IMG/VR virus record: IMGVR_UViG_3300031949_000858
Location: 1-54,617 of that record
From: a virus
Lineage: Duplodnaviria > Caudoviricetes
DNA: 54,617 nucleotides
Strand: one strand, 5' to 3'
Part shown: positions 37,007 through 45,762 of the stretch, piece after piece
How the letters are laid out: each line of letters starts with the position of its first letter
Numbering within the stretch: the first letter of the stretch is position 1
Position numbers and translations under genes: made by a program
Notes under the pieces: model-generated
What the model was told of the DNA's origin: nothing
Seen by the model: the letters and a program-made list of their open reading frames with translations, nothing else
Database searches by the model: none

Positions 37007-37419
37007 AACGAAACTGTTGGATAGCCCTAGGCCTACTGCCCCTATTGTTTATGGGTTCGGTAGCGTGGGGGCAAGACGCTACCCGTTCAATGCTTATCCG
37101 CTGGAAAGAGCCGCGCAACGCCGTAGAGGCGCTGGTGACGTACTACAAGCTCTACAGGACGCCGCAGGGCGGCCCTGAGGAGGCGATTGAGCTTGGGCCG
37201 GGGATAACGGGCGACGGCGGTTCTCTAGAGGCCATCGTAGGGTTCCTAAGCGAGCGGAGCTACCGGATCAGTCTCGCCGCTGTAGGGCCAGGGGGCGAGT
37301 CGCCGCGATCGAATGAGGTGACGCTCCCGCCCGTTCCGGGTGCGCCGCGCGAGCTGCGGATCGAAATTACAGTCGACCTCGATACTGGGGCGGTGCGCTT
37401 GACCCCGCCGGCCCCGTGA
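37003..37419 (+). CDS. Fibronectin type III protein with signal peptide
   Basis: MKRNCWIALGLLPLLFMGSVAWG|Q; W..P, YYKLY, Y.ISLAAV...GES..SNEV. Confidence 0.75.
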   Translation: MKRNCWIALGLLPLLFMGSVAWGQDATRSMLIRWKEPRNAVEALVTYYKLYRTPQGGPEEAIELGPGITGDGGSLEAIVGFLSERSYRISLAAVGPGGESPRSNEVTLPPVPGAPRELRIEITVDLDTGAVRLTPPAP

Positions 37420-37622
37420 CGCACTCGGGGCGCTCCGCCTCCCGCACGCCGCGCCGGGACCGGGAGGCGGACGCGCAGATCCTTACATACCGAGCGGATG
37501 GCCTAGGGTGGAAGGCAATCGCTCGCCTTCTCGGGCTTGATCCAAGGACAGTACGCGCCCTTGCCTTACGTGCCGAGCGGCGGGAAGAGGGCCTTCGGGT
37601 CATGGCTCGGAGGAGACCGTGA
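37416..37622 (+). CDS. Small HTH DNA-binding protein
   Basis: GLGWKAIARLLGLDPRTVR. Confidence 0.7.
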   Translation: MTHSGRSASRTPRRDREADAQILTYRADGLGWKAIARLLGLDPRTVRALALRAERREEGLRVMARRRP

Positions 37623-37990
37623 CGCCGCACTTCTCCGACGCTGAACTCGCTTGCCACTGTAACTGTGGTGGCCTCCCGCCCCAATCGTTCCAGGACCAGC
37701 TCGAGCAGTTCCGGCTCGTTTGGGGGAGGCCGATTCGGCTTTCGAGTGGGTTTCGCTGCCCGGCCTATAACCAGAAAGTTTCGAAAACCGGCCCCACTGG
37801 CCCCCATACAATCGGCGCCGTTGACGTTCTCTGCTCCGGGAAAGAAGCCTGGGAGCTTCTTAGAGCGGCCTTGGCCTTCGGCTGGACCGGAATCGGTATC
37901 CAACAGACCGGGCCGAGGGAGAAGCGGTTTATCCACCTGGATGGCTTGGTGGGTTCCGCTCACCCTCGGCCGACTGTTTGGAGCTACTAG
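37619..37990 (+). CDS. Peptidase M15 endolysin
   Basis: HFSDAELACHC, SSGFRCPAYN, H..GAVD, FIHLD. Confidence 0.9.
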   Translation: MTPHFSDAELACHCNCGGLPPQSFQDQLEQFRLVWGRPIRLSSGFRCPAYNQKVSKTGPTGPHTIGAVDVLCSGKEAWELLRAALAFGWTGIGIQQTGPREKRFIHLDGLVGSAHPRPTVWSY

Positions 37991-38175
37991 CCAGCGCTGT
38001 TGTGGAGGTCTTCTCCACGCCAGATAGCCTCTGCCAGCTTCAGCACTTCAGGCAGAGACAGAGAAACAGTTTCGGCGAGTGGGATTACCGGGATTAAGCG
38101 TTGGCCTTCCACTGCCACTAGCATGAAGCAGCTCTCGGACTCGTCCCAACAGATTGTGAAGCTGGGGCGGCTCAC
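37987..38175 (-). CDS. Hypothetical protein
   Basis: 62 aa, coupled to upstream ORF. Confidence 0.5.
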   Translation of the reverse strand: MSRPSFTICWDESESCFMLVAVEGQRLIPVIPLAETVSLSLPEVLKLAEAIWRGEDLHNSAG

Positions 38176-38504
38176 GAAGCAGCCTCTAGCTGGTCCAGTG
38201 GGTCCCGCTCGAGGTCCCGCTCAACGATAACAGGGACCTTCACCGCGCCCTCTAGCTCGGCGAGCCGTTGCCGTAGCGCGGCTGGGTCGTTCTTGAACGC
38301 CCTTCGGCGGTTGCTCTGGGCTTCGTAGTGGAAACGAAAAACCTCGACAGAATAGTCCACCCCGCCCATCTCAGCGAATGCCTTTAGTGCCCTTCCACAA
38401 TGGAGCTGGCTCTCCAGAAACGGGCGCCGGGTTCGGGTTCGGGGGGCTTTTGGTGGGGTAGCCAGTTCGGTTGGTTGGGTAGCCAGTTTCTTTCGCGTGC
38501 TCAT
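38172..38504 (-). CDS. Hypothetical protein
   Basis: 110 aa with AAGGA SD. Confidence 0.65.
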   Translation of the reverse strand: MSTRKKLATQPTELATPPKAPRTRTRRPFLESQLHCGRALKAFAEMGGVDYSVEVFRFHYEAQSNRRRAFKNDPAALRQRLAELEGAVKVPVIVERDLERDPLDQLEAAS

Positions 38505-38544
38505 GGGGTTGGGTCCTTTAGTTGGTTTGTCTGCTTATTCGCCA

Positions 38545-38847
38545 CTATTCCGCCGCCACCAGCCAGAGCTGGCCGTCTCGATCTCGGCGAACCGCGAGCG
38601 CCAGGTCTGCATCGATAAGACCCTTCTCTTCCCGGCTTCTCACCCACGCGCAGAGCTGGTTCTGGAGAGTCTTCAACCTCGGGGCGTCGGCTGCGGCAGT
38701 CGCGCAGAACGCCTTCCCGGGTTTCATCTTCTGTACGTACGGTAGAAGCGGGTCGAACTGGCTAGTTCGGGTTCCGTTGCGAGAGGGGAAGTCGACTGAA
38801 CTCGCGTCGATGATCTTTCCCTCGGCGATCTTGCCATTGCTAGCCAT
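38545..38847 (-). CDS. Hypothetical protein, possibly DNA-binding
   Basis: 100 aa with AGGAGG SD. Confidence 0.65.
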   Translation of the reverse strand: MASNGKIAEGKIIDASSVDFPSRNGTRTSQFDPLLPYVQKMKPGKAFCATAAADAPRLKTLQNQLCAWVRSREEKGLIDADLALAVRRDRDGQLWLVAAE

Positions 38848-38900
38848 TTAGGGGCCTCCTGTGTTTGCTACGCTGCCTAAACCAAGCAGTAGGGAGCAAT

Positions 38901-39848
38901 ATGAAGTATCTGGTAATCAGCCGCAAGTGTGGACTGTACCACCTGGGAAGCTGGCTAAAGGCTGAGCTAGGGGAGGAAGCCGTTCGGGTAGCTTCACTCC
39001 GAGCTAACTACCAGAAGCGCGCCTGGAAGGGGCTTCTGAAGCCCTCCCGTGTTCTCTGGCTGAACACCCCTCTCGAAGACCTACTCCAAGGGGATACGCT
39101 GATTACAGATGACCGCAGCTGGACCCGGCAGGCACAGGAGAAAAAGCTTCCCTGTTTCGGCCAGCTACCGCCAGTCGACTGCGAGCAACCCGATTCAGGG
39201 ATCGCTCTAGGCGGCTGGATTACAGCAGGCACCCTGCAAAGCCCCCATTGGCTGTTTACCGACTGGGGGACCTGGCCGGGGGGATTTGGCCCTCATACGG
39301 TTGGGGGCCTTACTCTTGTTTCAGGGGGCCGCCCTCCGGTAGAGCTGTTTGGTCCGCTTCTAGCGGCTCTTTCGGGCTTCCAAGGGGCTGTTTCGCTCGA
39401 CCTTCATTGGGATGCTGAACAAAAGGGCTGGCGCAGTGGCCGGCTTCGAGCCGGCTGGGGGGCTCATGCCATGGCGCTTCTACATGGGTGTGAGAAGGCA
39501 AGCGAAACGCTAAGCGGGGCACCGCCTACGCTGGCCCCGTTTACGGTGGCGGTTCCCGTTTCGGTTCCGCCAAGGCCAACGCCGGTCCAGTTTTCTATCC
39601 CTCCAGCGGTTCAGCGGTGGTGGGTTTTCGACGACATTCAAGCGGCGCCGAAAGGGGCGCTGCAGACTGCGGGGCTTTCGGGGCAGGTTGGGTTGGCCAT
39701 GGGGCGAGGTCGAACCCTTGCAGCGGCCAGAGCGATTGCGCTCGAGACTGCGGCAGCGCTCCAGCTATCAGAGCCTCAGTACCGAGTAGATGTAGCCCAA
39801 GGGCTCCCTGAAGCTCTGGGGCAGCTGGAGCGGCTGGGGTGGTTTTAG
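38901..39848 (+). CDS. Degenerate PurD (GAR synthetase)-like ATP-grasp protein
   Basis: MKYLVIS..G...LG.WL..E N-terminus; IALGGW, PGGFGPHTVG, GFQG.V.LD; C-terminal GRG.TL..AR..A......L....QYR.DV. Confidence 0.6.
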   Translation: MKYLVISRKCGLYHLGSWLKAELGEEAVRVASLRANYQKRAWKGLLKPSRVLWLNTPLEDLLQGDTLITDDRSWTRQAQEKKLPCFGQLPPVDCEQPDSGIALGGWITAGTLQSPHWLFTDWGTWPGGFGPHTVGGLTLVSGGRPPVELFGPLLAALSGFQGAVSLDLHWDAEQKGWRSGRLRAGWGAHAMALLHGCEKASETLSGAPPTLAPFTVAVPVSVPPRPTPVQFSIPPAVQRWWVFDDIQAAPKGALQTAGLSGQVGLAMGRGRTLAAARAIALETAAALQLSEPQYRVDVAQGLPEALGQLERLGWF

Positions 39849-40143
39849 TAGAGGGAACGGCGCCAAGCGCCCGCGTAATGAATAGCGCTGCTGTATAGAC
39901 GATCACGTCGAGTAGCTCGTTTTGGCCCTGCTCGAATGAGACAACGGCGTGTTCGTCTAGTTTCTTCTGGATTTGGAACAATAACGCTCCGGGGCCGTGC
40001 TTTAGCGCGCCCTGGATAATCCATTGGCTCAAAAACCCTTCCCCTGTATGGCCGTGGCGCTGCTGGCCTTTTCCTTTCGCTGCCCGCTCGAAAGCAGCGT
40101 CTAGAGCCTCTGCTAACCGTTCATACCCTTCAACTCGCTCCAT
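39595..40143 (-). CDS. All-alpha (MazG/NTP-pyrophosphohydrolase-like) phage protein
   Basis: YERL..ALDAAF..AA.GKG..RH, Q..KK..E, ELLDVIVYTAA; C-terminal ~84 codons overlap the opposite-strand gene. Confidence 0.55.
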   Translation of the reverse strand: MERVEGYERLAEALDAAFERAAKGKGQQRHGHTGEGFLSQWIIQGALKHGPGALLFQIQKKLDEHAVVSFEQGQNELLDVIVYTAALFITRALGAVPSTKTTPAAPAAPELQGALGLHLLGTEALIAGALPQSRAQSLWPLQGFDLAPWPTQPAPKAPQSAAPLSAPLECRRKPTTAEPLEG

Positions 40144-41113
40144 TCGCCGCCTCCTTTAGCTGGTCAAATGCTCTCTCGGCCTGCTTTACATAGCTTGTAA
40201 TCGTCACTGGGGTCCGCTTTAGCGCCCGGGCAATGGCGCGTTTCGTTACCCCTGCATCTAGTAGGGTCAAGACAACTCGGTGGCGTTCGGGAAGCTGCTC
40301 GAAAAGGGGCTCTGCTTCGCTCGGCGGCCTTGGGAGCGCTTTCGGCGGCCCCTGTGCAAACCACTGCTGGAAGCGGGCGAGCAGGCGGTTTTTTGCGTGC
40401 GTAATCGCCGTCGGCGTTAGAGCGAGGCGCTCTGCGATTTCGGTCAACGGCAGCTCATCCCAGTAGAGCCAGTGAATGATCGCTCGGTCGCGGGGGCTGA
40501 GCTGGTTCAGCAACGGCGCCACTCGCTCCCGGAGAGCCTCTTGAGCTTCAAGCTGCTCAAAGGCGCAGGGTGGCTGCTCTGGTACGTAGAAAAGCCACGG
40601 AGCCCTCAGCGCCTGCCACTGTTCAAGGGTCTCTTCAGATACGTTGAGGGCCGCTGCGAGCGAGGGGCGGCTTGGCAGCTGGCTACTGTTCGGCTGGCTA
40701 CTGTTCCGCTCGGCCCACTCCAGCCGCTGGAGCCGGTCGATCTGATACCGGGGTAAGCAGTCGTCGCCGCGGATGAATTCGTAGATCTCTCCTCTGATCC
40801 GGCGGGTTGCCCAGTTGAATAGCTTCTCAGCCTTCCCAGGGTCAAACGAACGAAGGGCGAGCGAGAGCCCGAGGAGAGCTGGGCCGGCGAGGTCGTCTTG
40901 ACTATACAGGGGAAACGTTCGGCTGACTCGCCAGGCCCATTTATGAGCCAGGCGAACCAGCCGGTCTAGCCGCTCTGGCGAGATAGGGAAAGCGCCGCCG
41001 GGGGGCTGATCCGGCGTACGTACCAAATCAAGACGGCGCTTTCCCACAACAGGTCTCGCTGGCTGGCTAAGGCTGGCTCGTTCGGCCGGGGTAGCCAAGG
41101 GCGCTATCCGCAA
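40130..41113 (-). CDS. Sigma-70 family sigma factor (FliA/WhiG-like) with extra C-terminal HTH
   Basis: DDL....LLGL..A.RSFDP, WATRRIRGEI...IR..D..PR, LSPRDR.II...Y..ELPLTEIA..L; second LPERHRVV...KRAIARAL; start uncertain. Confidence 0.85.
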   Translation of the reverse strand: MRIAPLATPAERASLSQPARPVVGKRRLDLVRTPDQPPGGAFPISPERLDRLVRLAHKWAWRVSRTFPLYSQDDLAGPALLGLSLALRSFDPGKAEKLFNWATRRIRGEIYEFIRGDDCLPRYQIDRLQRLEWAERNSSQPNSSQLPSRPSLAAALNVSEETLEQWQALRAPWLFYVPEQPPCAFEQLEAQEALRERVAPLLNQLSPRDRAIIHWLYWDELPLTEIAERLALTPTAITHAKNRLLARFQQWFAQGPPKALPRPPSEAEPLFEQLPERHRVVLTLLDAGVTKRAIARALKRTPVTITSYVKQAERAFDQLKEAANGAS

Positions 41114-41273
41114 TGGTTACCCCAGTCAATAGGCTGAGTATGCTAGCCCACGTAACGAACTGATCCGGCGTAATGTAGCCGAGCTGAGCGGCTAAAGCGA
41201 GTAGTCCGCCGAGTGCCGAGATTGTTTTCGTTTTGTTTCCGTCTTTCGTAACGGCTTTGAATAGTCCAAACAT
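41067..41273 (-). CDS. Putative holin
   Basis: 68 aa, DGNKT followed by two TM segments. Confidence 0.5.
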   Translation of the reverse strand: MFGLFKAVTKDGNKTKTISALGGLLALAAQLGYITPDQFVTWASILSLLTGVTIADSALGYPGRTSQP

Positions 41274-41276
41274 GTT

Positions 41277-42851
41277 TTAGCTCCCTTCTATTCTACGCTG
41301 CCAGAACTCTTTTCGGATCGAGCCGGTCGCGCCGTAGTGCTTTTCGCCCCTTTGGACCGCTCCCGCTTTCGCTAGTAGCTGGAGGATTCGCTGTAGCTGC
41401 CCTACCGAGCCAACGGTGTGGAGCAGCTTGCTGCAGAGGAATGCTTCAGACACCCATTTTGGCGCAGAGGGTATCGCGGCGAGAACTGCATGTGTGGCTT
41501 CTCCCTCTTTCGACTCATGGATCTGCTGGAAGAGCATAGTAAACTTTTCACGCTCTTTGGACAAAACCCTATTCGCCGTTTCGAGATCGTCGAGCCGGAT
41601 CTGAAAGCGCCCATTCGAGACCGCTAAGAGCATCGCGACTCGGAGCATCTGATCCTTTACTCGGTTGTGCCAGGAGCGAAACTCGGGTTCGATTTCCTTC
41701 TGCTCATCCCAGTAAGCGTAATACTGCTCCCACCAGGGGTCGGTTTCGGGGTGCCGGGTGACTTCCATCTCAGGTAGGCGGGACAGCACCTTGAGCCAGT
41801 TAGCTAGATGATCTCTCTCCACCGGGTCCAACGGTGGCATCGTCGGGTAGACACGGGCGCTTTCCGTTCGGTAGCACCAGACAAACCGGCCCTGGAGCCC
41901 CCCTGTGTAAAAAGCTGGCGGCATGAGCTTTCGCAGGTTTTCGGGAGCCGATGCGAAAAGTGCCGTTACCGCAACGCCGGTGAGAACCCGGAGCCCCCGG
42001 CCGATGGTAGGGTTGATGAAGGTGTCTTTTCCGTTTGAGAGATCCAATAACAGCCCACACCAGCTCGTACAGTCGTACATATCCTTTCCGATAAAGGCCA
42101 TTAGTTCGTCTTTTATAATGATACTGGTGGAGTCTTTTCGCTTCTTGTAGGTAACGCGGGCGCGCTTTTTTGTTGGCTCATCTACCCCATCCTCGGTAGC
42201 TGTTGGTTCGATGGGTTCTGCTGTTACATCTACGACATAGCTCTGCTGGCAGCGCTCTAGAAAAGCAGCCGTGGAAAGCCGATCCGGGATGATGTTGATG
42301 GTATCGTCGAAGGTGTCGTTTAGCTCTCGCTCGAGAAAGTAGTTTACTCGTTTCAACAATGGCTCGGTACAGCTCTGTAGGCAGAGTGACTTCCCGCCGC
42401 CGCTTGGCCCTACTAGACAAGCATAAAACGCCGGCCAGATCCGGTAGGTTCCCGTGTCGAAATAGTAGTTGCGCCGACTACACGCGGCGATTAGAGAGAG
42501 CGCCGACCAAAAATGCCACGCCAGCGGAACCTCCATATGCTCAGCCCACGCTAGATACCGGCCAATCCAACCACTCGTTGGGTAGACCGCCTCTTCGGGG
42601 AGGCGTGGGGCTGGCTCGAGCCTTTTTACCTTCAAGGCGCGGCGCCAGTCTTGTGGGTCTTCTAGATTACAGATCGCCTCCATCCGGGCTAACGGGATCG
42701 CTAGTAGCTCCGAGGCTTCTTCCAGCATCGCCTCGGCGGCGGGATTCTGGGTCATTCTCGCGTCGATCAGCTGCCGGACCAGCTCGGCTTGCTGGTTGAT
42801 ATCCGATAACGTAAGGGGGCTTGAGAGTAACTCGATAAAAGCTTCCGTCAC
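41277..42851 (-). CDS. DUF3987/YfjI-like P-loop ATPase (primase-helicase associated)
   Basis: E.P..WHFWSALS, LVGPSGGGKS Walker A, IIKDEL Walker B, GGLQGRF, winged-helix-like tail. Confidence 0.8.
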   Translation of the reverse strand: MTEAFIELLSSPLTLSDINQQAELVRQLIDARMTQNPAAEAMLEEASELLAIPLARMEAICNLEDPQDWRRALKVKRLEPAPRLPEEAVYPTSGWIGRYLAWAEHMEVPLAWHFWSALSLIAACSRRNYYFDTGTYRIWPAFYACLVGPSGGGKSLCLQSCTEPLLKRVNYFLERELNDTFDDTINIIPDRLSTAAFLERCQQSYVVDVTAEPIEPTATEDGVDEPTKKRARVTYKKRKDSTSIIIKDELMAFIGKDMYDCTSWCGLLLDLSNGKDTFINPTIGRGLRVLTGVAVTALFASAPENLRKLMPPAFYTGGLQGRFVWCYRTESARVYPTMPPLDPVERDHLANWLKVLSRLPEMEVTRHPETDPWWEQYYAYWDEQKEIEPEFRSWHNRVKDQMLRVAMLLAVSNGRFQIRLDDLETANRVLSKEREKFTMLFQQIHESKEGEATHAVLAAIPSAPKWVSEAFLCSKLLHTVGSVGQLQRILQLLAKAGAVQRGEKHYGATGSIRKEFWQRRIEGS

Positions 42852-44491
42852 CGAAGCTCTCCCCAGTCGTGCCCGGTATGGATGTCGACTGGAAAGCGGA
42901 CGCCGTTTAGCTCAGCAATCGGCCGCTCCATTACTTCGCGTAGCTGCTGCTCCCAAAGGGGCGCCTCTCGCTCGAGTACTTCCAGCTTTATATCGTCGTG
43001 CATCTGCTGGACGACTGGGGCGCCCATTTGGTCTAACAGAGTAATGGCTTCGTTGGCGATTTCACTTGCCCCCGACTGCATTGGGCAGTTCCAAATACTG
43101 TTTCGGCTCTCTCGAGCTGGCGCACAGAACTGTCGGGTAAAGCCCCAGCGGGATTGAAAGCGCCGACCGTTTGCGATCACACTTTCAAACAGTTGATCCC
43201 TCCAGCGCATTGTGGTAGCTCGCGTACTGCTCCACCGTTGCATGACTAGTTTATTCTGTGCCGGCGTGAGTTGGAGAAACTGGGGAACCTTATCTGCACA
43301 GCGGGGGCAAGGGCAAAAGAGCTGCTGGACGCCCGCGCCTTTTTCACTCGCGCCGTAGCCAATTTCGAAACGCTTCTTTTTCGCGTAGTCGCGATGCTTT
43401 TTCCGGAGTGTTGGGTCCATGGCAGCCCAGTGAGTAGGTGAAATGCCAAAGATATCCTGCGCTGTCTCAGCGTGAACGTCTCGTGTCTTGTCGGAGAATG
43501 CTTCGATGTCTTTCTTTTCGCCGGCTAGATAAGCCATGATCCGGGCTTCGCACTGGCTGTAGTCGCCCCGTACAAAAACGTAGCCCGGCCGAGCGACAAT
43601 CAGATGTCGGATCTCATCTGGCCATTGATGGAGCGGTGGGTCTGAATAAGCCCAGCGAAGGGTTTCTGCTGTATAAAGGCGGATTCGCGGGTAAACGCGG
43701 TTGTCTGGACCTGTTTCAAAGTTCAGATAACGGGAGCGAATAGTCGAAAGCCGAGAACGGTGGAAGAGGTCTTCGAGAATCCATTTATTCGGCTCGTCGA
43801 GCTTTCTTAGATGTGTGTAGATATGCATAAGGGCGCTTTGAGCAGTCGAACGGGCTGGCCGCTTGTCGGTTTTCGGCGCTGCCTTGAACCCGATTGTGTC
43901 GAACAGCCACTTTGCTAGCTGCCCCGTTTCCCCTCGGCTGTTCAGGAACGTCCGCCGCGCCTCTTCGGCCTCTTTGACCCTTGCCCGGAACCCAATCTCT
44001 CTACGCTTTCCCCGTGTACCCACCACTTCGCTCTCCGGGAACGGATTCTTCTTTGCCGCATTTTTCGCCCGGGCCACTTCCAAATCGAGTGCAGCGTCGT
44101 TCCGGCGCCACTCCTCCGCAGCTTCCACCAAGCTGCCCAGATGAACCGCGCGAGCAAGTAGCCCCCCATCAAGTTCCTCTAGGTCTTTGTTGAGTTTCTC
44201 TTTGTAGGCGGCCAAACGTCCACGGTCCAGGTGCCCGAACCCTCGCCGCTGGATATTGAGAGCCGCGGGGACGACACGAGAAAACCAGCGATTGTAGTAA
44301 GCTCGATTACCAGCTCGATCGAGCAGTGGTTGGAGTCCTCGGTACGCGAGAGCAGTAGCTAAGCAGTCGTAGGCGTTATAGACACCTATCGCTTCCGCTG
44401 AGTACTGCAGCCACTTATGGCTGGTAGCGGTGTTCTCTAACTGAATACTCGGAGCTACCAGGTCACTAGGATCAATCTCTAGCACGTTCAA
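42848..44491 (-). CDS. DNA polymerase family A, C-terminal part (ExoIII motif plus polymerase domain)
   Basis: YNAYD; motif A DYSQCEAR; DVH; motif B R..AK...F...YG; N.PMQSGASEI; motif C MHDD. Confidence 0.9.
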   Translation of the reverse strand: MNVLEIDPSDLVAPSIQLENTATSHKWLQYSAEAIGVYNAYDCLATALAYRGLQPLLDRAGNRAYYNRWFSRVVPAALNIQRRGFGHLDRGRLAAYKEKLNKDLEELDGGLLARAVHLGSLVEAAEEWRRNDAALDLEVARAKNAAKKNPFPESEVVGTRGKRREIGFRARVKEAEEARRTFLNSRGETGQLAKWLFDTIGFKAAPKTDKRPARSTAQSALMHIYTHLRKLDEPNKWILEDLFHRSRLSTIRSRYLNFETGPDNRVYPRIRLYTAETLRWAYSDPPLHQWPDEIRHLIVARPGYVFVRGDYSQCEARIMAYLAGEKKDIEAFSDKTRDVHAETAQDIFGISPTHWAAMDPTLRKKHRDYAKKKRFEIGYGASEKGAGVQQLFCPCPRCADKVPQFLQLTPAQNKLVMQRWSSTRATTMRWRDQLFESVIANGRRFQSRWGFTRQFCAPARESRNSIWNCPMQSGASEIANEAITLLDQMGAPVVQQMHDDIKLEVLEREAPLWEQQLREVMERPIAELNGVRFPVDIHTGHDWGELR

Positions 44492-45258
44492 GAACGGGTT
44501 CCGCTGCTAGAACGGGTTCCGCTCCCTAGCTGCCCGATACTGGCGGCTCGCTGCTCTGCCGAGAACCCGACTCGTTTCGCATCTCCCACGCTCGCGTAGC
44601 CCTTCGTAACGGCAGACAGCGCAGTAAACGCTTCGTTGCTCTTCCGGCCACTGTAGGTAAGCGAGTGAGCTGGGAGAATCCCTAATGCGCCGCCGCCCCT
44701 TATCGCGTCGATTCCGGCCCCGAGGAACACGAAAAGCCAGCCCGCCGCTTGCTTTTCGGCAATCCGTCTCTGTAGCGCGCTCTGTGTATACCGCTCGGAG
44801 CCGCCTTCGTGGCCGTCGGTTTGAACCACGATAATCACTCGAGCGCGGGTACCCGGTCGGTCGTTCCGCTCTTCGGCTGTTTCGATCGCTCGCCCAACCG
44901 CGTCGTAGAGCGGCGTTCCTCCATCGGGGACGTAGCTCTGACGGCTGAGTAGAGGAACACTGTCGATTGGTTTGTCCGAGTAGCGGAACGCTAGCCGGGG
45001 GGTTCCGCGCTCGTCACTGTCGAATGGCATCAGCGAAAGGCGAGCGCCGGGAACTTCGGCCCGCAGCGCCTTTATATACCCGTTGAAGCCGTCGATTGTG
45101 GCTTCTCGGTGGGTTGCCATTGAGCCGCTACTGTCCAGAACTACCGTTACGTCTGTACAGCGGGCAAGCTGTTCTCTCTGCTGCTCTACCCGCTCGAGCT
45201 GGTCCAGGGCTGCCAGGGCAGGTAGGCTACTCTTCCCGTTCAAGGGCTTCTCGTTCAA
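44488..45258 (-). CDS. vWA domain protein
   Basis: VLDSSGSM MIDAS, GGTPLYDA, QTDG, GWLFVFLGA. Confidence 0.9.
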   Translation of the reverse strand: MNEKPLNGKSSLPALAALDQLERVEQQREQLARCTDVTVVLDSSGSMATHREATIDGFNGYIKALRAEVPGARLSLMPFDSDERGTPRLAFRYSDKPIDSVPLLSRQSYVPDGGTPLYDAVGRAIETAEERNDRPGTRARVIIVVQTDGHEGGSERYTQSALQRRIAEKQAAGWLFVFLGAGIDAIRGGGALGILPAHSLTYSGRKSNEAFTALSAVTKGYASVGDAKRVGFSAEQRAASIGQLGSGTRSSSGTRS

Positions 45259-45270
45259 GGGTGACTCCTT

Positions 45271-45762
45271 TTAGTTTCCATTGTTATTCCCTCTCTCGCC
45301 TCTCTCGCCTCTCTCGGTGCCGCTCGCCTTTTCGACATCTTCTCTCAGCCTTAGTAGCTCACGCGTTACCTCGGTAGGGTCTAAGCCCTTTTTGTTTACG
45401 TCGGGGTGAAACTGTTTCGCTAGCTGCAACAGGCGGCGCCGGAGTACAGCTACTGGAGTATCCAGCCCTGGCTCCAGCCCTCCAGCTCTCGCCCGTAGCG
45501 CCTCCACTTCGCGGCGGAGCGAATCTCTCTCTTCTTCCAACGACGCCATTAGCGAGAGCTGTTGCTCTTGGTTTGGTTGGATAAAGTTTCGCGTATACCC
45601 ACACTGCGGATAGTTTGAGCAACCCACAAACTTACTCGTTCCGTCCCTTCGCTGCTTTACCAGTAGCGTTCCAGTTCCGCAGAGGGCGCACTTTTTCGAG
45701 ACGCTCCACCAAGCGAGCTGTGGCGGCATTTCATCGCTCTCCGTGTCGCTTTCGTCGATCAA
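45271..45762 (-). CDS. Topoisomerase-type Zn ribbon, coiled coil and J-like (HPD) domain
   Basis: CALC...FVGCSNYPQCGYTR; LAKQFHPD. Confidence 0.75.
   Translation of the reverse strand: MIDESDTESDEMPPQLAWWSVSKKCALCGTGTLLVKQRRDGTSKFVGCSNYPQCGYTRNFIQPNQEQQLSLMASLEEERDSLRREVEALRARAGGLEPGLDTPVAVLRRRLLQLAKQFHPDVNKKGLDPTEVTRELLRLREDVEKASGTERGERGERGNNNGN

Noticed and set aside
45290-45316. 9-bp triple repeat encoding ERG-ERG-ERG, and a short duplication at about 44491-44523
   Set aside because: Simple slippage repeats in disordered C-terminal tails
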